The notes below the pieces were generated by a model. That model was not told the origin of the DNA and did not search any database. It was given only the letters and a program-made list of their open reading frames with translations. A DNA stretch of 64,000 nt, taken from IMG/VR virus record IMGVR_UViG_3300042860_003432; one strand, 5' to 3'. The position numbers were made by a program, and so were the translations under genes. This DNA is from an uncultured virus (IMG/VR IMGVR_UViG_3300042860_003432). Its lineage: Duplodnaviria; Heunggongvirae; Uroviricota; Caudoviricetes. Below, piece by piece: positions 50,401 to 58,885 of the stretch (positions are counted from its first letter, which is position 1; each line of letters begins with the position of its first letter).

Positions 50401-50718
50401 TAGCTCTTGTTGAAGTTTGACTTGATCCTTGATTATACCAGATCTTTCATTGGATGCTTGCAACTGATATTCATTTTTTTGTATAGCACTATACGTAGTT
50501 TCTAGCTTTGTAATTTTTTGCTTTTTTTCTTCAATTTTTTTAGTTAAATCTAATACTGTTTCGTTACCTTGTATTTCTTTCTGCAAATCTTCTGCTCTTT
50601 TTTTTGAAACACCGCGAGTTTTATCTACAACCTCTGATATTTTTTCATATACATCCAATGCCGCTTTTGCGCGATCATATTCTTCCTGTGTCATTGATAC
50701 GTTCTTATTATCGGCCAT
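47404..50718 (-). CDS. Tape measure protein
   Basis: 1104 aa, coiled-coil and amphipathic helical repeats (SPS.IGLGIVDGIKS), tail-module position. Confidence 0.85.
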   Translation of the reverse strand: MADNKNVSMTQEEYDRAKAALDVYEKISEVVDKTRGVSKKRAEDLQKEIQGNETVLDLTKKIEEKKQKITKLETTYSAIQKNEYQLQASNERSGIIKDQVKLQQELLTWKERQFQQEIASGKITERTAAARRREIQTIKDTLVAKQREEKIEDYIQSILTKKIAGGKAVAEDIARRLKTEKDELKTLEDQLKITKNLIRTTQEIEQFVSANAEEYGKVKKFLSDISKGGMAAWLAMLNASLARWKELDVAAFNFRQTTGFLVSQTKNLDNAVRRVNVQMANLGVGLKELYEIGQALTEEFQVIGLVTEEVIANTAKVAANLGLNVKDAAKFKGLFESISQSVGSSGDSMIKSAVALAEMGGVAPRAVLNDMANASEDTLAFLAKSPMALIRATVEARRLGTTVNSLSKSARGFLNYQDSITSELEASALIGKSLNFQEARAAAYARDVVKSRELALKQIEKAGDFTGLNVYQQEALAKAAGMTTAEIIKQQNQQKLLAKLEQTKPELYKKYMEMQQKIKENEKAAAADLEKQAEEMAKQQLMQGEINKLTNAFSGIWTDISDSLLAIANTIMPPIIIAARLLGATFKIITAIIRGFLSPFDKFVSKLRSGEEGGLTLEKIMTKIGEGVEKIIPYAEKLGELVSLVVRGFMFLGIISGKLFTELKVFKDIVGYFSNFGRSVLMNIGYIKNFVDYIKNLGSAASIGFARILNGFDNIKRAITFVKSGLDVVPKLFGAVGGIGQHLGPVTKVFGVFGKIFGSVGRFVGLFAKAIPGIGQVITAIQILWELGTSLFSIWTDDNLSIGQKIIASLKAVPGAIFDVIVSPLIDIGAWILKMFGVDLTDGMIDGFKASAKKIFTYLMFPFIGVYEWISEKFLGNSPSEIGLGIVDGIKSIGGMLLDALIEPFSNGYNWIKKKLMGKSPSQIGLGIVDGIKSVGRMVLDALTSPFKAVVNFISRIFGGDGSLGDSIINGIKNIMGGVFDLLISPFKKASEFITNIPVIGKLFGGGDATAAVNTEATVNVEKQVAMAVEVKNLDELKETINKLIEAISKLGGTAGGASPVVNVNNNQNAMIEKLDELIGLLKDGAIAVNMDGALVSRTLAKTS

Positions 50719-50763
50719 TTATATGATAGGTTATCTTATATAAATATATAATAACCACCATTT

Positions 50764-50997
50764 TTACCTACGTATTCCGGGTCTATCGACTTTTGGACCA
50801 CTCGATTTTGGACCTTTGGCGGCATTTTCGTGCTGGTCCGCCTCTTGCTTCTTTGTATCTACGAGCTTTCTTATATAAAATCTACGTAAATGTATAGGCA
50901 TTGCATATGCCTCTGTGTGACTAAATGCCCCATTGCTGTAATAGCACAGCGTAAATATCTCTTCGTGTAAACTTATCTTATACTCAGGTGGTAGGCC
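50764..50997 (-). CDS. Tail assembly chaperone C-terminal extension (gp51-like / 'T' ORF), probably reached by frameshift
   Basis: GLPPEYKISLHEEIF...AYAMPIHLRRFY; overlaps the chaperone 3' end in the +1 frame, no clear ATG start. Confidence 0.6.
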   Translation of the reverse strand, partial: GLPPEYKISLHEEIFTLCYYSNGAFSHTEAYAMPIHLRRFYIRKLVDTKKQEADQHENAAKGPKSSGPKVDRPGIRR

Positions 50998-51820
50998 AAA
51001 AGAAGTCAACACCCAGTGGCATTGCCATCCTTTCATTATGCCCACAGGCACTGCAAGTAAAGTCAAACGTCATATCCATATCCGGTGTGTTTTCACGAAT
51101 ATATCTTCTTAGTGCCATACTATCCTTAGCTAACATATTATCCACAAATTTTTTGACCACTCCTCTGTCACTATTTCCGTCAACGGATACAATGCTATAC
51201 TTTAATCTTGTGGTCATTTCTGGCGTATTTGCTTTGGATATTTTTGCAAGACCCTTTAGCTCTGCATCAATATCCCCTTCGTCTTTATGCGTTAGTAGTC
51301 TATAAACTACAGTCTTTTTTGATACGGGTAGCTCAAAAGAAAACGCATTTTCTCCTTTGGTATATTTACTAAAATCAAATTCCTTGGATTTTAGTTCTCC
51401 CAAGTTTATTTTTACTTCATTTTCTTCGCCGCATTTTGGGCATGTAATTTTTGCAGGATATTCATCACCATATGCAAGTCTTCGGGCAGCTATAAATATT
51501 GCATTTTTGTCTCCTACAAAAATATCATCCAGTTTTACGTTTGGCGTTACAATCAATGCCTTTAACAATTCATCCAATACTACACCCTTCTTAATAAGAT
51601 TTTGATTGGTAAGAATATCTTCTTCACGAGCAGTCATATACTTCAATTGTATACGACCAGAACTAAGTGGAGAAGAAAGCGGATAAAAATAACCCTCCGA
51701 TGGCAAATCAATATATTCCGTTGGAAAATCGAGCTTCTGTTCTGCTTGTACAGGTGGAGCTACTTGTGGTGCTGCTGGTTGTGTATTTTGCTTTGTAACA
51801 GGTATTGTATTATTATCCAT
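50984..51820 (-). CDS. Baseplate/tail assembly chaperone (gp26-like)
   Basis: LPSEG.FY, MTAREEDIL, GDKNAI, CPKC, CSAC, FFWP end. Confidence 0.8.
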   Translation of the reverse strand: MDNNTIPVTKQNTQPAAPQVAPPVQAEQKLDFPTEYIDLPSEGYFYPLSSPLSSGRIQLKYMTAREEDILTNQNLIKKGVVLDELLKALIVTPNVKLDDIFVGDKNAIFIAARRLAYGDEYPAKITCPKCGEENEVKINLGELKSKEFDFSKYTKGENAFSFELPVSKKTVVYRLLTHKDEGDIDAELKGLAKISKANTPEMTTRLKYSIVSVDGNSDRGVVKKFVDNMLAKDSMALRRYIRENTPDMDMTFDFTCSACGHNERMAMPLGVDFFWPTT

Positions 51821-51937
51821 ATGTAGTATAACGTTTGTTTATTCATATATATGAACTAAAATTAGTTTTTGTATATATAAAAAGTTTCTGCCGCTAAAAA
51901 GCGGCAGAACATTGAGGTTATTTATATTTTTTATTTA

Positions 51938-52894
51938 TTATACTGCTTTTACGGTGTCTCCTACTACTTGCAGGGTTAGTTTTGCGCCTGCTGGTAGCTT
52001 ATCATCAACATACATATCGCTATATGCATCCAGCTTTGCTTGTAGAGATGGATCTATTTTATACAGAGACAATTCTCCGCCCAACAAAGTTTTCAGGTGT
52101 GCCATAAGTGGTCCTTTTATTTTGTTCATATCAATTTCTCCCACATCATCGCCGTCGAATGTAACGGAAATTTTTGATGGAACGGACGATGATACTGAAG
52201 AAATATCTTCGCCTTCTTCACCTCCTTCGTCTCCTGCGGATGCTTTTGGTCTTCCCATTCCAGTCATGCCTTTTGGCTGATATGGTCCTTTTGGAGCCTC
52301 TGTTGGTGTACCATCTGGTATTGTCTTGTGTCCTTTAACAACCCAACCTGTTGGAGAATTTGGATCTTCTACCTTGAATTTACTACCAACCGCGCCTTTT
52401 ACACGAGCCATTTCATCGATCTCTTCGCGTATCATTTTAAGAATTTCTTCCTTTAGACTACCAACTTTTTGTGGGTTAGCTGGCTTTTTAACGACAGGAA
52501 GTTTTTTGCCTTCTTTCTTTTCTTTTGGTTCTGCTGTCGTGGTCAACGACTTTGAGTCGGCTACGTTTTCGGTATGCTCTGTTGACTCCTTTGCTTTCTT
52601 GAAACCAGATAATCCTTTTGTTTCATCTAGTTTTGACTTTTTAACAGCAATCACTTCTTCTGCGATTACTTTTAGTAGTTCTTTTAGTTCTGATTTTTTC
52701 ATAGTGTTTTCTTTGAGGTTAATTCTTCTGGCATAATCTTCTGCCGCTTTTGTTGATGCATCTATTATGTTCTTGATATATTGTTCTCTCTTTTTTGGAT
52801 CACGTTCTTTCAAGAATATATCATCATACGCAAGATCGGTCAAACTAGCTTCTAGTTGACCTATCTTAAAAAGATATTTTGGTGAATTGTCCAT
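51938..52894 (-). CDS. Hypothetical charged protein (possible internal start at 52702, MKKSELKELL)
   Basis: LKELLKVIAEE and LKEEILKMIREE motifs. Confidence 0.65.
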   Translation of the reverse strand: MDNSPKYLFKIGQLEASLTDLAYDDIFLKERDPKKREQYIKNIIDASTKAAEDYARRINLKENTMKKSELKELLKVIAEEVIAVKKSKLDETKGLSGFKKAKESTEHTENVADSKSLTTTAEPKEKKEGKKLPVVKKPANPQKVGSLKEEILKMIREEIDEMARVKGAVGSKFKVEDPNSPTGWVVKGHKTIPDGTPTEAPKGPYQPKGMTGMGRPKASAGDEGGEEGEDISSVSSSVPSKISVTFDGDDVGEIDMNKIKGPLMAHLKTLLGGELSLYKIDPSLQAKLDAYSDMYVDDKLPAGAKLTLQVVGDTVKAV

Positions 52895-52895
52895 A

Positions 52896-54686
52896 TTACC
52901 ACTTTCTGCAACTCCAGTAACGTGCTTTTGTACGTGGTCCTGGATTAGCGCAATTATGACGTGCTCTAAAACTTTTCCTTCTCTTTGGATTACTCTTCTT
53001 GATACGCATCTTTTTATCGCCGAAGTTTACCTTCTTTACTTTACCGGTTGTTGGATTACGAACAAAAACTTTGAACTTTTTTACATCGCCCCTCATTGGT
53101 TTTCCAAGTTTTACCTTGCGACCACGATATTCTGCTTCTGTCAAGTTTTCTTTAGCATCGGCGTTAATATCTCCATAAATCTCATAAAACTCATCGCCTT
53201 CGCAAGTATGCTCTTCACCTTCTGGAACCATTTCCCAGTTGGTCTTGCGATAGCATTCTTCATAAGCCTCGTTGGTACCTTCTTCCATGGCAGCTTCATA
53301 ACATTCCCAACATTCATCTTGCATCTGGTTCTGTTCGTTATACATCTCTTCTACCATTTCTCTGATTATATTCTTCAGTTGTTCTTCTTTCATAAGGGTT
53401 TCCTCGTTCTTTTTTCTGCCTTGGCAATGTGCTTTTTGACTGAATCCTTTTGGATGACTACAATCAATGCTACGCTTGTATTTTTTGCTCCATTTTTCAT
53501 CAAGTTCTTCAACGCCTTCTGATTTGTTGCCCCAGTTCTTTACTCCTTTTTTACGGCATTTTACTAATGCACCAGAAGCATATGCACTTGGCCACACTTT
53601 ATAGCGCGATTTAACTTTATAATAACAAGCATCTTTCTTTTCGTTCATCAATAGTTCTGACACAAGTTCTCCACCACAAATAGGGCACATATGATTTTCA
53701 TTTACATTATCCATAGTAAATTCCTCTGTTTCTGCTATATTTTGTTTTTCTAAATGGTTTTTAACTTTCATCAACTCTGATTGATTTAAATCGTCCAAGT
53801 GTTCTTTACCCGTCAACTCTTTTGTAAGTTCAAGAAAGCTTGGCTCGTTGTCCCACTCAATACCTAAGTCGTCTGCAAGTTTATGTATGGTTTCTGGTGT
53901 TATATATTCGCTCAATTCTTTTTTCAACGATTGCAACAAAGCACGAGCTACAACACGATCCTTTTCTTTTTCGGCATCGCTTAGTTGGTTGTAGTCAATA
54001 TTCATCAATTTTTTTCTTTGTTGTATCTTACTATCCAGTTTACCAGACTGGCGTAGTTTTTCAGTATCATCAAATTGATCCGGATTTTCAACAAACTTTT
54101 TTGCTGTAACATTCCATCCTTTGTGAATAGCATTCGCAATTTTTTCAATATCAGTAACGCCCATATCAATTACTTCTTTAGCATATATTGCAGACATTAT
54201 ATTAGCCTGCCAACCAAAAGTATTACCCGGCGTGCTGCGACCATATCCATATGCTTGATCCAGTGCTTGATCGCTAATGGTTGCCAGTTGTTCAATAGAG
54301 AAATTGGAAGATTCTGTTATAGATTCCTCTGTTTTCTTTTTACAACTACCTGGTGCACCAGCAGGCACACCACGTACTCGTGAGTATCCCTTCCAGCACT
54401 TTAGTTCATCCATCTTATCAGCCTCGGTTTTTACATTTTTTGCTTTGCCGCTACGATCTGGATTTGGGTCTTCACGTCTCTTTCTGCGTGCAGCAGTTGC
54501 TCTACCTTTCTTTCCCATCGCTTGTGCAGACTTTAGTGGACGACATTTTGGCTTACCTTCGCTTGATTTTTCTCTGGCACATTGACCACGTATCTTACCA
54601 TCTGGTCCGAATCTTACCCATTTCTCCTTGAACCATTTGTGAAGATTTTCTTCAAGTTCAATAAGCTGTTTCTCAATGTTATCCAT
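52896..54686 (-). CDS. Modular basic/Cys-rich protein, probable internal head polyprotein
   Basis: Basic modules (KWFKEKWV, KCWKGY, WPSAYASG, CSHPKGFSQKAHC, SFRARHNC...YWSCRKW) separated by acidic linkers. Confidence 0.7.
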   Translation of the reverse strand: MDNIEKQLIELEENLHKWFKEKWVRFGPDGKIRGQCAREKSSEGKPKCRPLKSAQAMGKKGRATAARRKRREDPNPDRSGKAKNVKTEADKMDELKCWKGYSRVRGVPAGAPGSCKKKTEESITESSNFSIEQLATISDQALDQAYGYGRSTPGNTFGWQANIMSAIYAKEVIDMGVTDIEKIANAIHKGWNVTAKKFVENPDQFDDTEKLRQSGKLDSKIQQRKKLMNIDYNQLSDAEKEKDRVVARALLQSLKKELSEYITPETIHKLADDLGIEWDNEPSFLELTKELTGKEHLDDLNQSELMKVKNHLEKQNIAETEEFTMDNVNENHMCPICGGELVSELLMNEKKDACYYKVKSRYKVWPSAYASGALVKCRKKGVKNWGNKSEGVEELDEKWSKKYKRSIDCSHPKGFSQKAHCQGRKKNEETLMKEEQLKNIIREMVEEMYNEQNQMQDECWECYEAAMEEGTNEAYEECYRKTNWEMVPEGEEHTCEGDEFYEIYGDINADAKENLTEAEYRGRKVKLGKPMRGDVKKFKVFVRNPTTGKVKKVNFGDKKMRIKKSNPKRRKSFRARHNCANPGPRTKARYWSCRKW

Positions 54687-54692
54687 AATACA

Positions 54693-55256
54693 TCAAGCTC
54701 TGTCTTGTATTGCCTGTTGCTTGCGAATATTATCAGACTGCTGCTTTTGCAGCTTTGCTTTCATGCGCTCCGCTCTTTGCATTTTTGGCTGGATGGTTTG
54801 TTGTAGCTTGGCTACATCGCCTTCTATTTTTTTAATATTAGCAGTTAGTTTGTCACTCTGAGCTTTTAGATTCGCTAGTTCTTTTTTATCCGCGTCAGTC
54901 AATCCAGTTTCAGCAGCAGATGAATCGAGTGTGGTATCAAGTTCATTAAGATCTTTTTCGTATATTTCGTTCATCATATTGACTGCGAGATTGAATACAC
55001 TACTTTGCTTCATAAAGTATACCGCCGCATTCCAGTCTTCGGCTTTAATTCTCTTCTTCAACTCGTCGGCGTATCCGTCAAGTTTTTTTTGCCAATAACT
55101 TTTTGGCATATTACCATAACCTATTAACTGAAGGTGCGGATCGTTGGTGTCTTTTCCGGAAATAATATATCCATACTTTGACGCATCACCGTTGGTTTCC
55201 GCCAGTTTATGAGCAACCACATTTTGAATTACTTCTTTGAGTGTAGACTTATTCAT
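54693..55256 (-). CDS. Hypothetical coiled-coil protein
   Basis: MNKSTLKEVIQ start; C-terminal heptads. Confidence 0.65.
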   Translation of the reverse strand: MNKSTLKEVIQNVVAHKLAETNGDASKYGYIISGKDTNDPHLQLIGYGNMPKSYWQKKLDGYADELKKRIKAEDWNAAVYFMKQSSVFNLAVNMMNEIYEKDLNELDTTLDSSAAETGLTDADKKELANLKAQSDKLTANIKKIEGDVAKLQQTIQPKMQRAERMKAKLQKQQSDNIRKQQAIQDRA

Positions 55257-55627
55257 TATTTTCCGTGCATTTTTAAGATTTCTTCGGCAGCAGCTTTTGC
55301 TTTCTTGGCCAGTTCAACTTCACGTTTTTCTTCTGGATTATTCATATCAGTTTCATCGTGATCTTTACCTTCAAATACTTTCCACATTTCATTTATCTTT
55401 TTATTACCATCTTTCTTGGCATAAAAAATCTTCCACATAGTAGCATATGCTTTACCTTCATCGTCCTTATACTGTTTCAGCAGTTTGTCGTGAAGTTTCT
55501 TTGGAAAATCCGGTGGAGCTTTTTCATCTAGTCTCCATTCTTGTGCTACACCAAGTGGAGCAAAATCATCTTTCATGACTTCTTCAACTACTTCACGTAT
55601 AATTTTTTTAAGTTCTGATTTATTCAT
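55256..55627 (-). CDS. Hypothetical protein
   Basis: MNKSELKKIIREVVEE; LDEKAPP...AYATMWK. Confidence 0.7.
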   Translation of the reverse strand: MNKSELKKIIREVVEEVMKDDFAPLGVAQEWRLDEKAPPDFPKKLHDKLLKQYKDDEGKAYATMWKIFYAKKDGNKKINEMWKVFEGKDHDETDMNNPEEKREVELAKKAKAAAEEILKMHGK

Positions 55628-55631
55628 AATA

Positions 55632-55862
55632 TTAATCCTGTTTAGTTGGTTTTATGTTAAACTCTTGTTGTAGCGTTTTTAGTATTTTTTCACGCATATC
55701 TTCCGTTTCATCCATATCAGAACCAGACACAGTTATATTAATATACAATGTTGGATTAGTTTCTGTTGGTGAAGTTATATATGACGCAGCAGTGCGAGTG
55801 TTCTTGGCTTTTGCCTTTTTAACAGCCTCAACTATTATTTTTCTTAGTTCTGCTTTAGTCAT
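55632..55862 (-). CDS. Hypothetical protein
   Basis: MTKAELRKIIVEAV; TATTTATA upstream. Confidence 0.65.
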   Translation of the reverse strand: MTKAELRKIIVEAVKKAKAKNTRTAASYITSPTETNPTLYINITVSGSDMDETEDMREKILKTLQQEFNIKPTKQD

Positions 55863-55980
55863 TATTTTTTTAGGTATATATAAATATAAACTATACTATA
55901 AAAAAGTATGATATAGTTGTGTTTCACTCAGGTGATAACCGGGGTTATAGGGGGTAGACAGAAACTTGTCAAGATAAAAT

Positions 55981-56011
55981 AAAAAACCCCCACTTTTTAT
56001 GGTGAGGGTTC
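55981..56011 (-). terminator. Intrinsic terminator after tail tube
   Basis: Imperfect hairpin plus T-tract on the minus strand. Confidence 0.65.
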
Positions 56012-56034
56012 TGTATAAGAACACTATAATAATA

Positions 56035-56523
56035 TTAGAACTGTAGGATGCAGTAATCCATCGTCAGTGTAACTTCGATTGTCATTGCTTCGGCATTTGC
56101 CCAGTCCATGCTTTGGAAATTTACCGAGCTAGGAAATGCACCTTTCAAGTCCCACTTCTCAACAATGTCGCCAACAGGACCAAGAACTTGAATCTGGACA
56201 TCCTTCTTGTACATATCAGCATATCCGTTACGACCAGTAACAGATTCGTGAGCAAGGCGAACCCATTCCATCACAGCCTGTGCGCCAGATGGCACGATTG
56301 GATCATATAATGTAATAGAAAGATCTTGCCATTCACTCTTTCCTTTGAGTTTACGTTTCAAATTGATATGATCTAGAGTAATTGAATTGTTCTGTATGCT
56401 TGGACGACCTGTAGCTTTGATTAGGTATGCAGGAATGCCGTCGATGTTCATAATGAAACGGTTTTGTACCTTGGGCTCGAAGGCCGTAAAGAATATTTGA
56501 TTTTGATCTAGTAGCTCTGCCAT
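56035..56523 (-). CDS. Tail tube protein (gp19-like)
   Basis: FEPKVQNRF, W.D..ITLYDPI, VMEW, YKKD, W.LKGAFP. Confidence 0.9.
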   Translation of the reverse strand: MAELLDQNQIFFTAFEPKVQNRFIMNIDGIPAYLIKATGRPSIQNNSITLDHINLKRKLKGKSEWQDLSITLYDPIVPSGAQAVMEWVRLAHESVTGRNGYADMYKKDVQIQVLGPVGDIVEKWDLKGAFPSSVNFQSMDWANAEAMTIEVTLTMDYCILQF

Positions 56524-56652
56524 AGTATTATCTTTCTGTTAATTGTTTATACAGGGTGTTTATCACGTATAATAAATAATAACAATAAACAGTATTTTTT
56601 ATTTGACGCTAAATATATATAATCATAAACTGCTTTTAAACCGAAGAATACT

Positions 56653-58182
56653 ATGGCCAGACCCAAGAAAAACCCAGACTTTGTAGAGCTAAAATGTAAA
56701 ACTTGCAATACAGATTTCAGAGTGAAATGGCAGAAACGAAACAAGCAGAAGTATTGCTGTAAATCTTGTTCTAACAAAGACCCAGAAGTGTTAGCAAAAA
56801 TGCGAGCGTCGCAGGTAGAAACCTCACTAAAAAAGTACGGCACGGATCATCCTATGAAGACTTCTGAAGTTGTAAATAATTTCAAGAACTCTATGATGAC
56901 CAAATATGGTGTAGAACACGCATTGCAATCAAAAGCTATACTTGATAAAGCCAAATATACCAATGTACAAAACTATGGTGTAGAAAATGTATTGTCGTCA
57001 AAAAGTCCTGTAAGACAGCGGATAATGGAAACTTGGATTGAAAAGTACGGTGTGGACAATCCCGGCAAATCTAGAGATGTTATACAAAAACGAAGTAAAC
57101 TCAAACAAGAGAACCATTATGAAAAACTAAAAACTCTGTTTAATTCGCAAAATGTAAAGTGGTTATGCAAACAAGAGGACTATGCGGGCTATCATTTCTC
57201 GCATAGATACAAGTTTAATTGTAAAAAATGTAATAATGGATTCGAGTCTACAGTATATGTGCCAACAGATGTGTTCTGTGAACTATGCCATCCTGAAAAG
57301 AAAGAAACCGCAGAAACTGGTTTGCAAGAGTTCTTGGTGTCTGAAGTAAAGGGTAAAACTATACTACGAAATAATAGAGTTGTGTTGGATGGCAAGGAGC
57401 TTGATTTTTACATCCCCGATCTTTCGTTCGCTATAGAATATAACGGGTTGTATTGGCACAGAGCCAGCCATCCCAGAATGTCAAAAAACTATCATCTGGA
57501 AAAGACTGAGAAGTGTGCCGAGAAAAATATACACCTCATTCATATACTTGAAAGCGAATGGAAGCATAAGCAGAATATTGTAAAGTCAATCATACGTCAG
57601 TATGTTGGCGGGCACGTTGCCAAGATCCACGGACGAGAATGCGAAATACGAAAAGTAGACACCAAAGAAAAGAATGAGTTCTTGAACAAGTGTCATATGC
57701 AAGGTGAGGACAAATCATCTGTCGCATATGGCTTATACTATAAAAACTCCTTGGTCAGCATAATGACGTTTTGTAGAAGTAGATTTGACCGAAAAGTTGA
57801 ATGGGAAATATCAAGGTTCTGCAATGCGTTGAATACTCGTGTGCACGGTGGAGCAACAAAGTTGTTTAGTATATTCCTATTGGATTATAAGCCAAAGAGC
57901 GTAGTAAGCTACTCTGACCGCAGATTGTTCTCTGGAGACTTGTATTCTAAGCTAGGAATGACCTTTGAAGGAAATACAGCACAAGGTTATCATTATGTAT
58001 CTCCCGACTTTAGTACAGTATTCAACCGACAGATGTTCCAAAAATCTAAACTGGCAAAAAAGTTAAAAACATTTGATCCCAACTTATCTGAATGGGAAAA
58101 TATGAAACTGAACGGATTTGACCGTATATGGGATTGCGGTCATACAAAATGGATATGGAGAAGCTCTACAACTTCTCAATAA
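56653..58182 (+). CDS. Putative homing endonuclease (Zn ribbon, KYG repeats, PD-(D/E)xK, Hef-like C-terminal domain)
   Basis: KKYG/TKYGV/EKYGV repeats, ELDFY...IEYNGLYWH, ESEW, WEISRFC, SYSDRR, IWDCG. Confidence 0.8.
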   Translation: MARPKKNPDFVELKCKTCNTDFRVKWQKRNKQKYCCKSCSNKDPEVLAKMRASQVETSLKKYGTDHPMKTSEVVNNFKNSMMTKYGVEHALQSKAILDKAKYTNVQNYGVENVLSSKSPVRQRIMETWIEKYGVDNPGKSRDVIQKRSKLKQENHYEKLKTLFNSQNVKWLCKQEDYAGYHFSHRYKFNCKKCNNGFESTVYVPTDVFCELCHPEKKETAETGLQEFLVSEVKGKTILRNNRVVLDGKELDFYIPDLSFAIEYNGLYWHRASHPRMSKNYHLEKTEKCAEKNIHLIHILESEWKHKQNIVKSIIRQYVGGHVAKIHGRECEIRKVDTKEKNEFLNKCHMQGEDKSSVAYGLYYKNSLVSIMTFCRSRFDRKVEWEISRFCNALNTRVHGGATKLFSIFLLDYKPKSVVSYSDRRLFSGDLYSKLGMTFEGNTAQGYHYVSPDFSTVFNRQMFQKSKLAKKLKTFDPNLSEWENMKLNGFDRIWDCGHTKWIWRSSTTSQ

Positions 58183-58855
58183 AAACTTCCAGATGATCTT
58201 TGGATATTCCCACATAAGGATTTTTGTTGGACTTCGGTAGTCCTTTGTTGGAATTGTATTCGCACTGTGTCCTGCGACCAGCGTGCATGTTTTTTTGTAA
58301 TGCTTTTGCGTATTCGTCAAATGGCGAAAGAGTCCAACCACCTTTCTGCTTCAGTGCACCAGAAGGTCCGAGATAGCAGGTCAAATGATGCCAGATATTT
58401 CCTTTGTACTCAAAGATTCTGGGCGAAGGCTTTTGAGCCAACACCCACTTGGGCTTATCTCCGTGATTTGTTTCCCAATCAATACAATGTGCCTCCAACT
58501 TAGCATCATATTCGGGGTCTTCATATTCAGGATGTTTCTTATGATGAAAATACCATTCTTTGGTGGGAATGCTCCAATACTTTCCTGTGCTGGAAAAGTA
58601 TTCATGATCAGGATGATTTTCGTCAATGATATTACCCTTGGCGTCTTTTAAGTAAATGAACTTGGTGCCTATTGACCAAGGATAGTTTGTCCATAATCCA
58701 CCGCTGAGAAGAAAGAACTCATAATACGGCCAAAGAAACGCATAAAAGCCACGCTTGGCGGGAGGAGAATGATAGCCATCACAGTTCGAATCATATCCCT
58801 TTTGATTGACTGAACTAAGCCCACCAAACCGGGCAAACTTGATATTCTTTAGCAT
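58166..58855 (-). CDS. Hypothetical protein
   Basis: 229-aa ORF; TTGACA-N16-TAATAT promoter ends just before the ATG (near-leaderless). Confidence 0.7.
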   Translation of the reverse strand: MLKNIKFARFGGLSSVNQKGYDSNCDGYHSPPAKRGFYAFLWPYYEFFLLSGGLWTNYPWSIGTKFIYLKDAKGNIIDENHPDHEYFSSTGKYWSIPTKEWYFHHKKHPEYEDPEYDAKLEAHCIDWETNHGDKPKWVLAQKPSPRIFEYKGNIWHHLTCYLGPSGALKQKGGWTLSPFDEYAKALQKNMHAGRRTQCEYNSNKGLPKSNKNPYVGISKDHLEVFIEKL

Positions 58856-58885
58856 ACCGACATATTATCACGCCGATATATTATG

